A stretch of 63,891 nt of DNA, the filler included, from Theionarchaea archaeon (lineage in GTDB: Archaea > Methanobacteriota_B > Thermococci > Methanofastidiosales > SZ-28-30), in NCBI GenBank assembly GCA_018992565.1. It is 7 parts of 7 records of this genome, joined end to end, with 100 filler letters (N's around TTAATTAATTAA, not from the genome) between each part and the next. Parts side by side here need not be neighbours in the genome. Positions count along the whole stretch, not along the records: positions 16,600 to 32,914 come from JACVGW010000062.1; 6 more parts are not named here. One strand, written 5' to 3'. The notes beneath the pieces are model-generated. The model ran no database searches. It saw only the letters and a program-made list of their open reading frames with translations, and was not told the DNA's origin. Each line of letters opens with the position of its first letter. Within the stretch, counting starts at the first letter, position 1. Of the stretch, positions 21,591 through 31,504 are shown one piece after another. The position numbers and the translations under genes were made by a program.

Positions 21591-22922
21591 TTACTGTCGT
21601 GACCTCCTTGCAGAGGTCTGGATCTCTGCAGTGCCTCGAGAGATCACTTCATACAGGATGGCCTTCTTGTCCGTGGGTCGAAGAATCCTGCCCAGCCTCT
21701 GCGTGTATTCTCTGACACTTCCTGTCCCACTCAAGATGATGCCCACAGTTGCCTCAGGCACATCAATCCCCTCATCCAGAACCTGTGAACTCACAATAAC
21801 GGTATACTTCCCCTTTTTGAATCTGCCAAGAATCTCTTTCCGTTCATTCTTTTCCGTTTTATGGGTAATGCATGGTATGAAAAACTCTTTTGAAATGTGG
21901 TATACCAGATCGTTGTACCGGGTGAAGACAATAATCCTATCAGTTCTGTGTCTTTCGAGCAATTCCTGTAGCTTTTCCAGTTTTGATTGGGAATTATAGG
22001 CAATTTTCCTGGCTTCATTTCGAGCCCTCACCGCTCTCCAGGCGCGAGGGTCATACCCGCTCCTGTATACCACTTTCTGATAGTCTTCAGGGGTTCTCAT
22101 TCGAATATGGCTGACACGAAGGTAATTCCTGAATATCGTAATGTTCTCAGCGTATTTTTCCTGCTCCTCAGTAGACATATCCACCTTGATCTTCCGGATC
22201 TCAAATTCAGATAGGTGAGTCCCTGCAAGCTGGTGGGCACGTGTTTCATAGACCTTTCCTCCCACCAGGCGGGGCAGCATGTAGTGCTGACCATCTTCCC
22301 TCTCATAGGTGGCAGTCAATCCGAGGCGATAGGGAGCTGCACAGAATTCTGCAATGTGCCGGTACCCTTCTGAGGGAAGGTGGTGAACCTCGTCAAATAC
22401 GATCAGCTTGAACCTGTTTCCCAGATGATCAATATTGATATAGGCAGAATCGTAGGTAGTGACAGTAACAGCTTTCAACACCTTTGTGCGTCCCGTGTAT
22501 TCGCCCACTTCTACATCTTTTGGAGATACTCGTACAATAGTCTCCTTCCACTGATCAACAAGGTCCAGTGTGGGAACAACGATTAAGGTAGCGCAATTTA
22601 CAGCTTCCATAGCCTTGAGGGCAACATATGTCTTCCCTGCACCAGTGGGGAGTATGATGACTCCTCTTCTGTCTTTCAGCCACCGTGACAACGCTTCCTG
22701 CTGATAGTCCCGCAACTCTCCTGAGAATGCCAGTTCGGGGCAGGGAACCAGATCTAGCACAGAATCTACGTATTCAATGGCTGATTCCTCAAGATAGGTG
22801 ATGATCTCTCTGTAGTGCAAAGCCTGAGCCCGGTATGTCCTGGATCTCTCATCCCACGCAGTATTGGGAAGGTGGTAGTCTCCCTGAATCTGAATAGTCC
22901 CCTTGTAAAACCGGAGAATCAT
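21591..22922 (-). CDS. xpb: XPB/Rad25-like SF2 helicase
   Basis: LRDYQ, PTGAGKT, DEVHH, LGLTAT, EGIDVP, QRLGRILR. Confidence 0.9.
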   Translation of the reverse strand: MILRFYKGTIQIQGDYHLPNTAWDERSRTYRAQALHYREIITYLEESAIEYVDSVLDLVPCPELAFSGELRDYQQEALSRWLKDRRGVIILPTGAGKTYVALKAMEAVNCATLIVVPTLDLVDQWKETIVRVSPKDVEVGEYTGRTKVLKAVTVTTYDSAYINIDHLGNRFKLIVFDEVHHLPSEGYRHIAEFCAAPYRLGLTATYEREDGQHYMLPRLVGGKVYETRAHQLAGTHLSEFEIRKIKVDMSTEEQEKYAENITIFRNYLRVSHIRMRTPEDYQKVVYRSGYDPRAWRAVRARNEARKIAYNSQSKLEKLQELLERHRTDRIIVFTRYNDLVYHISKEFFIPCITHKTEKNERKEILGRFKKGKYTVIVSSQVLDEGIDVPEATVGIILSGTGSVREYTQRLGRILRPTDKKAILYEVISRGTAEIQTSARRSRQ

Positions 22923-23075
22923 TGGACCTTTTTGGATGCATCGCTTATATTCTTTTGGTGTTCATCCTCATCATCTGTGAAGGCTTGAACCCAGGATGTC
23001 CAGTATCTCTATAGTGTCATATCCTGAATTATCCACCGAGTTCCGAATAGGACATTCAATGGAAGGGATAGTATT

Positions 23076-24203
23076 CTAACCAAAGAGCTCTTCCAGAAAG
23101 ACGGTGGCATACTCCCCCTTTGGGAGAAAAAACCTAATTCTGGTCCCTCCTTCCTCGCATGTATAAGAGATATCCTGTGCTTTCCCTGCAATTTCCCTGT
23201 GTGTTCCCCTGCTGGCCAGGGAAGGAAATTCTCTCAGCCGAAAGTCCTCTCTTCCAATGCCCTCCTCTTCCAGTATTTCCTGAGTAATCTCTCCTATCCT
23301 TCCCCGAACGTGAGTCTTATACCCGACTATGGGGGCAGCAGCACACAGCCCCCGTTCTGTAATCTTGTCCATGTTGTGTTCTCCAGCAAGGGTGACAACT
23401 CTCCGGGTGCCAACCCAGTCAATCACGACGTCTCCTGGTTCAACTGCAGTAATGGGAACTGCTCTTGATCTCCTTCTCACAATTTCATTAAAGATATAGG
23501 CCTGGTATGCATGGATGAAGAGAGTATTCAATCGTCGAGGCAGGGCTTCAAATGCTTTCTTAGCTCCTTTGCCGATATTTTCCAGCATCGCTCGTTCATA
23601 CCTCAGTGATAATGGGTACTCACTCCTCGCTTTCTCAAAATCATGCGTTTCCCACAATTCTTTTCGCACCTCAAAATACTTCTCCTTTTCAAACGGCTTT
23701 GCCAAGAAGACGAAAGCAGCCGTATCCAGGTCTCCCCTTACCAGCTCTCTGCCCACCTCATGGGTTATTGGCCTCACCTCACCGAATCGCTGAATTCCAA
23801 AGTAGTTGGGAAACCCTCCTTTAATTTTCTCCACTGCTCCTGGCGATACAGAAGCATCTCTCACCATGATAGTAAACTGATTTCCTTTATGGTCTCCGAG
23901 TCGTATGCGATCGCCCAACTCAATATCGATTATTGAAACCCTGGGTATTCTCACCGATTCCAGCTGCTTCCTGTCCACTCCTGACACAGATATTTTCTGC
24001 CGGGTTACTGCCTGCCTGTCCTTCAGCCCTGCAAATCCAATCCGTTTCTGAGATATTCCAAGCTTCCTGGCAAGAACCTTCACAATTCCAATAGTATCCC
24101 AGCCCCTTTTCTCCAGTGTGCAGACCAAACAATCATTCTTGGCATGAGCTATATCAATGACCTCTTCCACCACGAAATCTTCAGGTTTCTCCTTAATCCT
24201 CAA
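23076..24203 (-). CDS. truD: tRNA pseudouridine(13) synthase
   Basis: PEDFVVEE, AGLKDRQAVTRQ, PNYFGIQRFG, FLPKGEYAT. Confidence 0.95.
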   Translation of the reverse strand: MRIKEKPEDFVVEEVIDIAHAKNDCLVCTLEKRGWDTIGIVKVLARKLGISQKRIGFAGLKDRQAVTRQKISVSGVDRKQLESVRIPRVSIIDIELGDRIRLGDHKGNQFTIMVRDASVSPGAVEKIKGGFPNYFGIQRFGEVRPITHEVGRELVRGDLDTAAFVFLAKPFEKEKYFEVRKELWETHDFEKARSEYPLSLRYERAMLENIGKGAKKAFEALPRRLNTLFIHAYQAYIFNEIVRRRSRAVPITAVEPGDVVIDWVGTRRVVTLAGEHNMDKITERGLCAAAPIVGYKTHVRGRIGEITQEILEEEGIGREDFRLREFPSLASRGTHREIAGKAQDISYTCEEGGTRIRFFLPKGEYATVFLEELFG

Positions 24204-24558
24204 CAGGTTCCACCTCTAGAACAATGCCCTCTCTTCGTACTACCTTCACCTTTTCTCCTTTCTTGATGGGGTTGGAACTCTGTGCATTCCAGATTTCTCC
24301 TTTTACCTTTATCTTTCCAGTATCATGTATATCAGTCAGGGCTTTCCCTTCCACTCCCTCAATGCCAGTGATCCTGGCAGGCATCCCCAATACTCTCACA
24401 TTCATTCTGTAGACATACGCCCCCCACACTCCAATGACAATGAGAGCAGGTATAATCGCCCATTCCAATTCTAAGTAGAGAAGCACCAGCACAGCTACCA
24501 GGACATAAACCGTGTTGAACGCTAGCACCCTGACCGCAATTTCCTTCCTATCTGACAT
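24193..24558 (-). CDS. NfeD-like membrane protein with C-terminal OB fold
   Basis: Two TM helices; GKIKVKGEIWNA...GEKVKVV. Confidence 0.8.
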   Translation of the reverse strand: MSDRKEIAVRVLAFNTVYVLVAVLVLLYLELEWAIIPALIVIGVWGAYVYRMNVRVLGMPARITGIEGVEGKALTDIHDTGKIKVKGEIWNAQSSNPIKKGEKVKVVRREGIVLEVEPVED

Positions 24559-25222
24559 GTTCGTGTCCTCCATTAGGCACCACGTCCAGCACGTGCAGTA
24601 AATCACCAGGGTCCTCCACAAGGATAGCATTCATTCCCACTCCTGATGCACCTTCAATATCAGCCACTCTGTCATCACCTACATGGAGCATTTCATCAAA
24701 GGAAACCCCGAGCTTCCTGGAGGCGTCTTCAAATATCCTCGGATGGGGCTTCAGATATCCCACTTCGTTGGAAAACAATCCCACATCAAAAAGTGACCAT
24801 ATTCCCAGATCTGACAACGCTTTTCGGAGCACACGTCCTGGAGTTATCCCTGTATTGGAGATGAGGCCCACTTTTGCCACTGATTTCACCCTGGTAAGAA
24901 CCTCAAGAGAATATGGGTTGAGAGCAGGCATAAAATGCAGGACAGCTTCCGCATAGGCAGGTTCCAGATTACTATCAATCTTCAGAAAAGCCTTGAGCAG
25001 TCTGATGTGTTCAGAGGTTGGAACATCTCTCATGGTTTCACGCATCTTTTCAATGCCAGACTGTGCATATTCCATGGCGGCTCTGATATTTTCTCTGCTA
25101 ATCTGCCCTCCCAGAGAAGCAAACAGGAGGTCTTCTCTCTTACGAGCGAGTTCTCTCTCGTACTGTGAGGAATTCAGTATCAGAGTACCCCACAGATCGA
25201 ATGTTACTGCCTTGATCATCAT
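24548..25222 (-). CDS. HAD-superfamily hydrolase
   Basis: FDLWGTL, ISN, KPHP, HVGD..ADIEGA. Confidence 0.9.
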   Translation of the reverse strand: MMIKAVTFDLWGTLILNSSQYERELARKREDLLFASLGGQISRENIRAAMEYAQSGIEKMRETMRDVPTSEHIRLLKAFLKIDSNLEPAYAEAVLHFMPALNPYSLEVLTRVKSVAKVGLISNTGITPGRVLRKALSDLGIWSLFDVGLFSNEVGYLKPHPRIFEDASRKLGVSFDEMLHVGDDRVADIEGASGVGMNAILVEDPGDLLHVLDVVPNGGHEHVR

Positions 25223-25291
25223 GTCCCCCATATTCACGCAGAATAAAAGGGTTATGTATCATCATCAATCCGGTTCTCACAATCCTCAGCC

Positions 25292-25633
25292 TCACAGGAG
25301 AGACAGGTCTCCAGTGATAACATCAATTTCATCAGCTCTTGCAGGTCCAATGCCCACTGCAGTCCTGGTACCAAAAGGTATCTGGGTAAGTCCAGCATCT
25401 CTCACTAATGTGGCAGGTAGCCCTGCTCGCTTTGCCTTGTCAAAAATGATGACCAGATCATGTTCACTCTTTACCTTGAGAACCACCTTTTTCTGACTTT
25501 CCTCAAGCCATGCTTTTTGGTCTCTCTGAGGAGTCCTCAGGTATGATTCCAGAGAAGCATGCGCCACCTGGGCAGCCAGTTTCCCTTTTCCCAGTTTCAG
25601 ATCCGTCCTTACCACAATTACCTGCTTGAGCAC
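25292..25633 (-). CDS. pth2: Peptidyl-tRNA hydrolase, archaeal/eukaryal type
   Basis: KQVIVVRTDL..GKGKLAAQVAHA, DAGLTQI, GIGP. Confidence 0.95.
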   Translation of the reverse strand: MLKQVIVVRTDLKLGKGKLAAQVAHASLESYLRTPQRDQKAWLEESQKKVVLKVKSEHDLVIIFDKAKRAGLPATLVRDAGLTQIPFGTRTAVGIGPARADEIDVITGDLSLL

Positions 25634-25777
25634 ATTTTTGTATATTCCCTGGTTTTATAAAGATTGCACATGATGGCTGTTCCCTTTTCCTGCAAAGGGA
25701 AGAGGACGATGAATTAGAACCAGGAGAAAGAGGACAATCTACGACAAGGTTTATATGATGACTCTACTAGGAGCGTC

Positions 25778-26023
25778 ATGAGTGAGGAACCTCTTTCATT
25801 AGATTTTTCCCTGTACATTCTCAACTTAGTCACCACGGCTCTGTACCATTTTGGAGATCTGGGAGACAAGAAAGACATTGAAGCTGCAAAATCAGTTATT
25901 GATATTCTCATAGTGTTGAAGGAGAAAACAAAGGGAAACCTGACTCCAGAAGAACAGAAAACACTGGACGAATCCATACACGATCTCCAGATACGATATC
26001 TTCAGGAAGTCAAATTTCTCTGA
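25778..26023 (+). CDS. DUF1844 family protein
   Basis: AK..ID.L..L.EKTKGNLT.EE motif. Confidence 0.8.
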   Translation: MSEEPLSLDFSLYILNLVTTALYHFGDLGDKKDIEAAKSVIDILIVLKEKTKGNLTPEEQKTLDESIHDLQIRYLQEVKFL

Positions 26024-26503
26024 TAGAGAACTGGTCCAGGAATGAATGGTGGATGTAATCGCTCCGAATTTTCTTCTTAATCCCTACAGAAGTAGAGAGG
26101 GACTTTAAGTCCCTCTGAAAAGGGAGATGAAAGATGTTGAAATACTAACGTGTTTAACATACATATAAAGACTTCTCCATATATAAACAATAGGATGTCA
26201 TTTTTTTGTAACCTTGGAAAAAAAGAGATTATGTACTATAAAAATACAATAGGATCTCTTGTAAAGGTACATATGGAAAAAAAGGGAGGTGAAGATGTAA
26301 GCATGAGGGAAACACTAAGAAAACCACATAATCCTCGCACTTCTCTCTCTTCCTGTGATTTTCTCATGTGTTGGTCATCCTATATACTATGTGGTATCAC
26401 GAAATATAAACAATGTCACGGCGGAAAACTATAACCTTGAGAAAAATCAATTCTTGCCACACGATTTTCCATGAAATCGATTCTTTTTGCTCTCCCTGGG
26501 GAA

Positions 26504-26577
26504 TGGGCCCGTCGAGATTCGAACTCGAGACCTCCGCCTTGTCAAGGCGACGTCATAACCACCTAGACTACGGGCCC
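26504..26577 (-). tRNA. tRNA-Val(GAC)
   Basis: Cloverleaf GGGCCCG..CGGGCCC-A, anticodon loop TTGACAA, T-loop TTCGAAT; TATA upstream. Confidence 0.96.
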
Positions 26578-26697
26578 TGAATAACGTGTGAGCGTTCCTA
26601 TTTAAGTCTTTGCCCTTTTCAATGGACAGCAGCAAATAAGACAAACAAGAATCACTATCGAGATATTACTGGGCTGAAGAGATAATTATTGTCGAAT

Positions 26698-26925
26698 TCA
26701 AGATGCAATAAGAGTTGAAGTCAGTTTTATATTCTTCATTTTTCGCAGCCTCTGAGTAAGGAATGCATCCAGATCAGTGAGGCTTTCCACTTTGACTCTC
26801 AGTATGATGTCCCACTCTCCATAGAGAATATCTGCGAATTCTACTTCTTTCATGCTCTCCAGTTCTTCTGCAACCACCTTTTCCTTACCTATGGTGGTGG
26901 CCACCAGGATATATGCTGTGATCAC
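26698..26925 (-). CDS. Stand-alone Lrp/AsnC ligand-binding (RAM) domain protein
   Basis: AYILV....G, YGEWDIIL.V, TSTLIA. Confidence 0.88.
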   Translation of the reverse strand: MITAYILVATTIGKEKVVAEELESMKEVEFADILYGEWDIILRVKVESLTDLDAFLTQRLRKMKNIKLTSTLIAS

Positions 26926-27301
26926 GCAACCACCGCTTCGAGCTCTTCATGATAGACTTAAAAACCTTTCTGCTGTCGGGATTGTGAGTTCAAGAATGAG
27001 ATTTCATACTGCGGTTTTCACAAAAAGAGAAACCAGTCCTCTAAAATGAACATCCCTCTTCTCCTTTCAGTAATTATCCACCGTATAATGAATATATATC
27101 ATGAAACAAATAGCCGTGATAGAAAGGCCCATTGAGAATAACATAACAGTCTTTTTTTCCACTTACAGTCTATATTTGTTAATTAAAATGGAATCTAATC
27201 TATTATGTGAGACACTGCAACAAAAAGAATACCAGGTGGAATGTATGCAACTTTTCACAAGATTTAAAAGCCCGAACATTGAGAGCTATGCAGGTGATCC
27301 T

Positions 27302-27658
27302 ATGATCCTTGATATTGACAATGTCTGCCATCCAGTCAGAAACCTGGAGAGAGCAGTACTATTCTACAGGGATGTTTTACGTCTGGAACTTCAGTTCATA
27401 GCGAAAGAGATGGGTTGGGCGGAATTTGATGTGGGAGGCTCGACTTTAGCATTAAGAGAGATAAAATCTGGATTTGTTTGTTCTCAGTCCTCAATTTGCT
27501 TTCTGGTAACTGAGATTGAAGAGGAGGTAGAACGACTCAAGAAGGAAGGAACACATTTCCTGGGTGAGATTGAGGACATACCCGGTGGACAAGGGCGGGT
27601 TGTGGGATTCCAAGATGTTGATGGAAACAGACTCGACTTCTATGAGCCACCTCAATAA
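27302..27658 (+). CDS. VOC/glyoxalase family protein
   Basis: V.NLERA..FYRDVL and FQDVDGN motifs; GGTGA SD. Confidence 0.85.
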   Translation: MILDIDNVCHPVRNLERAVLFYRDVLRLELQFIAKEMGWAEFDVGGSTLALREIKSGFVCSQSSICFLVTEIEEEVERLKKEGTHFLGEIEDIPGGQGRVVGFQDVDGNRLDFYEPPQ

Positions 27659-27662
27659 ATGG

Positions 27663-28817
27663 CTACTCCTTCACCAGCGTCATGAGGAGAGCTGCCGCTG
27701 CAGAAGTTGTCATGGTAAACATAAATGGTGCAGTCATCCCATAGGTGTCCCAGAGCAATCCTGCCAACAAGGAGGCAACAAAGGCACACAGCCCCATTAC
27801 CATCTGGTAGGCCCCCAGTATGGAAGCTTTTCTTGAGGGAGGTGCCAATTCTGATACCAGGGTTCGCTGTACCGGGTCTAGGGCACCCTTGTGCATACCG
27901 TACAAGAAGAACAATGGTATGATGGCATACGTACTTCTCTGAGGATCAGTTCCGCCACATGCTACAAATCCGGCGCACAGAAGCCCGAATAATCCAAATG
28001 CAATCGTGAGGACTGTCTTTCTACTGGTTCTGTCTGCCATTTTTCCAAAAGGATAAGAAAAGACTGATGCTGTAGCAGTGAAAATGAGATACAATACGGG
28101 GATGAATCCAGTAGAGTATCCTGAATCCTTTGCAAAGATCAACATGAAGGAATAGCTAAACGCACCCACTCCGAATACTGCAGAAAGAAAAAAGAACAGC
28201 TTCAGATTCGGGGTAAGATCCTTCAGGGAGATACTGACATAAGCGCTACCAGTTTTCTTTTCCTTAATCAGAGAGAGAATAAAAAACGCTCCCAGAAGGG
28301 ATGGAAAGGCTGCCACAAGGAAAAGGGGCCTGTAGCCGATTTTCTGAACAAGAGCAATACACACCAGGATGCCACATACAGCTCCCAGGTTGTCCAGAGC
28401 CCGCAGAAATCCGAAGGCTGCACCTCTTGTCTTTCTGGTAGATATATCCGCCAACATGGCGTCTCTGGGGGCTCCTCGTATCTTACCCAGCCGGTCCAGA
28501 ATCCTGAAAGGCACCAGGTGATTGACAGAGAAAGATGCAGCGTATCCAATGCGAGATACTGAAGCAAAAATGTACCCCACCCAGATAAAGACTTTTCGCT
28601 TTTGGAGCCTATCAGATAGATATCCACTTCCAGCTTGTGAAAAAGAGACCAGTGCCTCCCCCAATCCGTCTATAAATCCCAGAAAAGTCATACTTCCTCC
28701 CAGGACAGACGTAACAAAGAGAGGCCACACTGGGTACACCATGTCGGAACCCAAGTCATTGAGAAAGGAAGATAGAGCAAACGCTTTCAAAGTCTTCCTC
28801 GCATTGCTGTCATCCAT
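27663..28817 (-). CDS. MFS transporter
   Basis: GYLSDRL.KRK motif A, RGAPRDA; about 12 TM. Confidence 0.9.
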   Translation of the reverse strand: MDDSNARKTLKAFALSSFLNDLGSDMVYPVWPLFVTSVLGGSMTFLGFIDGLGEALVSFSQAGSGYLSDRLQKRKVFIWVGYIFASVSRIGYAASFSVNHLVPFRILDRLGKIRGAPRDAMLADISTRKTRGAAFGFLRALDNLGAVCGILVCIALVQKIGYRPLFLVAAFPSLLGAFFILSLIKEKKTGSAYVSISLKDLTPNLKLFFFLSAVFGVGAFSYSFMLIFAKDSGYSTGFIPVLYLIFTATASVFSYPFGKMADRTSRKTVLTIAFGLFGLLCAGFVACGGTDPQRSTYAIIPLFFLYGMHKGALDPVQRTLVSELAPPSRKASILGAYQMVMGLCAFVASLLAGLLWDTYGMTAPFMFTMTTSAAAALLMTLVKE

Positions 28818-29110
28818 GGAGGGAGGAAGAGCAGGTTTCTTATAAAAGTTATGCATCCTCTAGCTGCATCCACACTCTCAGATCAAAACGTATTTTTGCC
28901 AGATTTTGTGAATACCTCATCCTCATAGTCTCCATTCCAGAAAAATGGACTGGCTCAGACGTTAGACCAGTTTCAACTGACGGACTACCTTCACGAAGTG
29001 CCAGGTTTGCATGTTAACGGCTCCCATCAACAGGAATGTCTGATGCAGTCCCTCTCCAGGAATGAACTGGGGGAAGATAATCTTATAAAGTCCGCCTGAT
29101 AACCAGTCCA

Positions 29111-29416
29111 ATGATCAGGAGAATTCCGGCAGCCATCAGACGTATCGAAGACATTACCGATGAGCCCAGAGTAAGTGTGGTGGGTACTGTCATCAAGCGC
29201 GGGGAAGCTGAATTCATGCTTGATGACGGCACAGGCCAGCTGACTGTGATCACGCCAGAAGATCCTGCAGTAAGCGAGAGAGATGTTGTGAGAGTCATTG
29301 GAAAGGTATATGGTACAACCCTTGAAGCAGAAATCGTTTGCCCCCTCAAGGATATCAACATGCAGCTCTACATCAAGATGTACGAATTGAGAAAGAGAAT
29401 TTACGGTACTCAGTAA
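29111..29416 (+). CDS. Small OB-fold protein, RPA14/RPA3-like
   Basis: V.VVG.V, LDDGTG.L.V, VRVIGKV, C-terminal helix. Confidence 0.55.
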   Translation: MIRRIPAAIRRIEDITDEPRVSVVGTVIKRGEAEFMLDDGTGQLTVITPEDPAVSERDVVRVIGKVYGTTLEAEIVCPLKDINMQLYIKMYELRKRIYGTQ

Positions 29417-29474
29417 CCACGATCCAATATCCAAAACGTGAAACCCAGACATCAGTAGGAAGAACCAACATGTT

Positions 29475-29807
29475 TTACATCTGCAACAAGGAGTCTACTT
29501 CTTGTCGAATGATCAACGGAGAGGTATGTTCGTCCATCATGATCCCGATGAAGTAGTCCTGATGCTTGATGATCATCATGCGGTAGTCTGAACCTTCAAT
29601 GATTACCTGCTTAACGTCTCCAAGGTCCAGTGAATTGGCAATTTCCTCTGCAGTAGCTCCTGCAAAGACTGATATTGCTCCTTCACTTTCGGGATCCTTC
29701 AGTGTGGACGCCAATACAACACCATCTCTGGCCACCACAACGGCCCCATTTACTCCCTCAATCCGGGACATGTCATTGACAAGCCGTTTCAAAACTATAT
29801 CCGCCAT
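29475..29807 (-). CDS. Roadblock/LC7 domain protein
   Basis: EGVNGAVVVARDGVVLAS motif. Confidence 0.85.
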   Translation of the reverse strand: MADIVLKRLVNDMSRIEGVNGAVVVARDGVVLASTLKDPESEGAISVFAGATAEEIANSLDLGDVKQVIIEGSDYRMMIIKHQDYFIGIMMDEHTSPLIIRQEVDSLLQM

Positions 29808-29811
29808 TTCA

Positions 29812-30012
29812 TCACCACAGTTTGAGGTTCCTAAATTCCTTTATGTCCTCAGCAAGCTTATACAGCTCTTCATCTGTAATTTCCATCTTACGCTTGAGGT
29901 CGGTGAGATCTTTTGTCAGTTGCTTTACCCTAATGTACAAGATGGCAATTATCAGGAGGGCAATCAACGTTTCCATGATCAGTACGATCAAAAGAGTTTC
30001 CGCGCTTATCAT
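29812..30012 (-). CDS. Small single-TM coiled-coil protein
   Basis: N-terminal TM then heptad repeats; packed between minD and roadblock with GGTGA SD. Confidence 0.7.
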   Translation of the reverse strand: MISAETLLIVLIMETLIALLIIAILYIRVKQLTKDLTDLKRKMEITDEELYKLAEDIKEFRNLKLW

Positions 30013-30013
30013 A

Positions 30014-30799
30014 TTATTCACCAAATATTGATCTCACAAAGCGAGAGACAACACCTTCTTCTCTCTCTGTTTCTGGTTCTGCAAATTCCTCTCCAATCAT
30101 TTTCGTTGCCAACCGTCGGTATGCAATGGCAGCAGGAGAATCTTCGCTGCGTATAACAATAGGAGTCTTGAATGCAGCGGATCGCCTCACCTCAGGATCT
30201 TCTGGTATAATTTCCAGAATCTTGACACCCAAGATCTTTTCCACTTCTCGCATAGACAGATCAGTTTTCTCGAAGTTGGCACGATTCAGTATTGCACCCG
30301 AAACACGAGAACCCACCATTTCTGTCATGATCTTGGTCTTCAGAGCATCTGCCATAGATGATATTTCGGGGTTGACCACTAGAACAACCTCGTCAGCAAC
30401 AGCCAGTGGTATGACGCCGTCCCTGGACAGGCCGGCAGGAGCATCGATGAGCAGAAATTCAGTTCCCTTGAGCAGCTCGATCATAGCATCCTGAAGTTTC
30501 TCTGGGTTGGATTTCTGAAATCCTGACAGTGAAACACCACAGGGGACTACAATAACCCCACCAGGTCCTTTGTACATGGCGTCTTTGATATCCGCCTCGC
30601 CAGCCAGTACTTCGTGAAGTGTGATCCTGCTCTTTTCCATGCCAAGAATAAGAGCAAGGTTGGCCATGGCGATGTCAGCGTCGAGGATGATAGTCTTCTT
30701 TCCCAGCAAAGCTAAAGCTGTACCAAGATTTGCAGTAGCAGTAGTCTTTCCTGTTCCCCCTTTTCCAGATGCAATGGTAATTACTCGAGGATTGTACAT
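30014..30799 (-). CDS. minD: Archaeal MinD ATPase
   Basis: SGKGGTGKTT, DADIAMANL, IDAPAG, IPEDPEVRRS; C-terminal amphipathic helix. Confidence 0.93.
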   Translation of the reverse strand: MYNPRVITIASGKGGTGKTTATANLGTALALLGKKTIILDADIAMANLALILGMEKSRITLHEVLAGEADIKDAMYKGPGGVIVVPCGVSLSGFQKSNPEKLQDAMIELLKGTEFLLIDAPAGLSRDGVIPLAVADEVVLVVNPEISSMADALKTKIMTEMVGSRVSGAILNRANFEKTDLSMREVEKILGVKILEIIPEDPEVRRSAAFKTPIVIRSEDSPAAIAYRRLATKMIGEEFAEPETEREEGVVSRFVRSIFGE

Positions 30800-31165
30800 A
30801 TTGGGCTTTTTACTGGTAAAGTATATATATCTTTTGGTTCACACAGTATTTCTTCTGGTAATATGTATGTATAAGATTGGATGGCAGGCCAGTATTGAGT
30901 AGGCATGAGAAGTTGTGTGCTAATAGGCCGGTGTTATTCTCACTACTTGAGAAGGAGGGGAATATCATTGCATTTTCCGGGAAGCTTGAAATTGCAGCCT
31001 GATACCTATCCACCAGGTTCAGCAGGTTCTTGTGGCGAGGGCACTGGAATCCACTGGTGTAGCAGTCAGTAATGAGAGATACGTTTATATGCAATGAAAT
31101 ATAACGTATATAGGGTTGAAAAGTATCAATAGGCAATAATCCGGAAGAAAAACGGAGGTGTTAAT

Positions 31166-31252
31166 ATGAGCAGAAGACCAAAATATAGAAAAACACGATT
31201 ACCGGGAAAAGGTTCTGAGAAACTTCCCGGCCCATATGTGCTCTTCCCGTGA
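31166..31252 (+). CDS. Putative 28-aa basic small protein MSRRPKYRKTRLPGKGSEKLPGPYVLFP
   Basis: Perfect GGAGGTG SD 5 nt before ATG; not in the ORF track. Confidence 0.3.
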   Translation: MSRRPKYRKTRLPGKGSEKLPGPYVLFP

Positions 31253-31504
31253 AATGTGAGGTACATTTTTGATTATGGGTTATCAGATGCTGGATTTTGC
31301 AAAAGGTGCAGGTTTAGAGAAGACTATGGATATTTCATGGGAAGAATGTAGTGGAAAGAAGCTGAAGGGGGGAATCTGGAATCTCTTCAGAATGGTTGGT
31401 CACCTTCTTGGTACAGTGATACGGGATGAGAAGTCTCCCGTTACTACTGCATCAGGTTGATGGATCAACTCCAACGGATTTATAAATTTGGGTTCCGAGA
31501 ATAC

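Noticed and set aside
26285..26434. GGAGGTGA SD followed by ATG-TAA and a 43-aa Cys-containing ORF
   Set aside because: Nearest ATG is immediately stopped; no recognisable features or context
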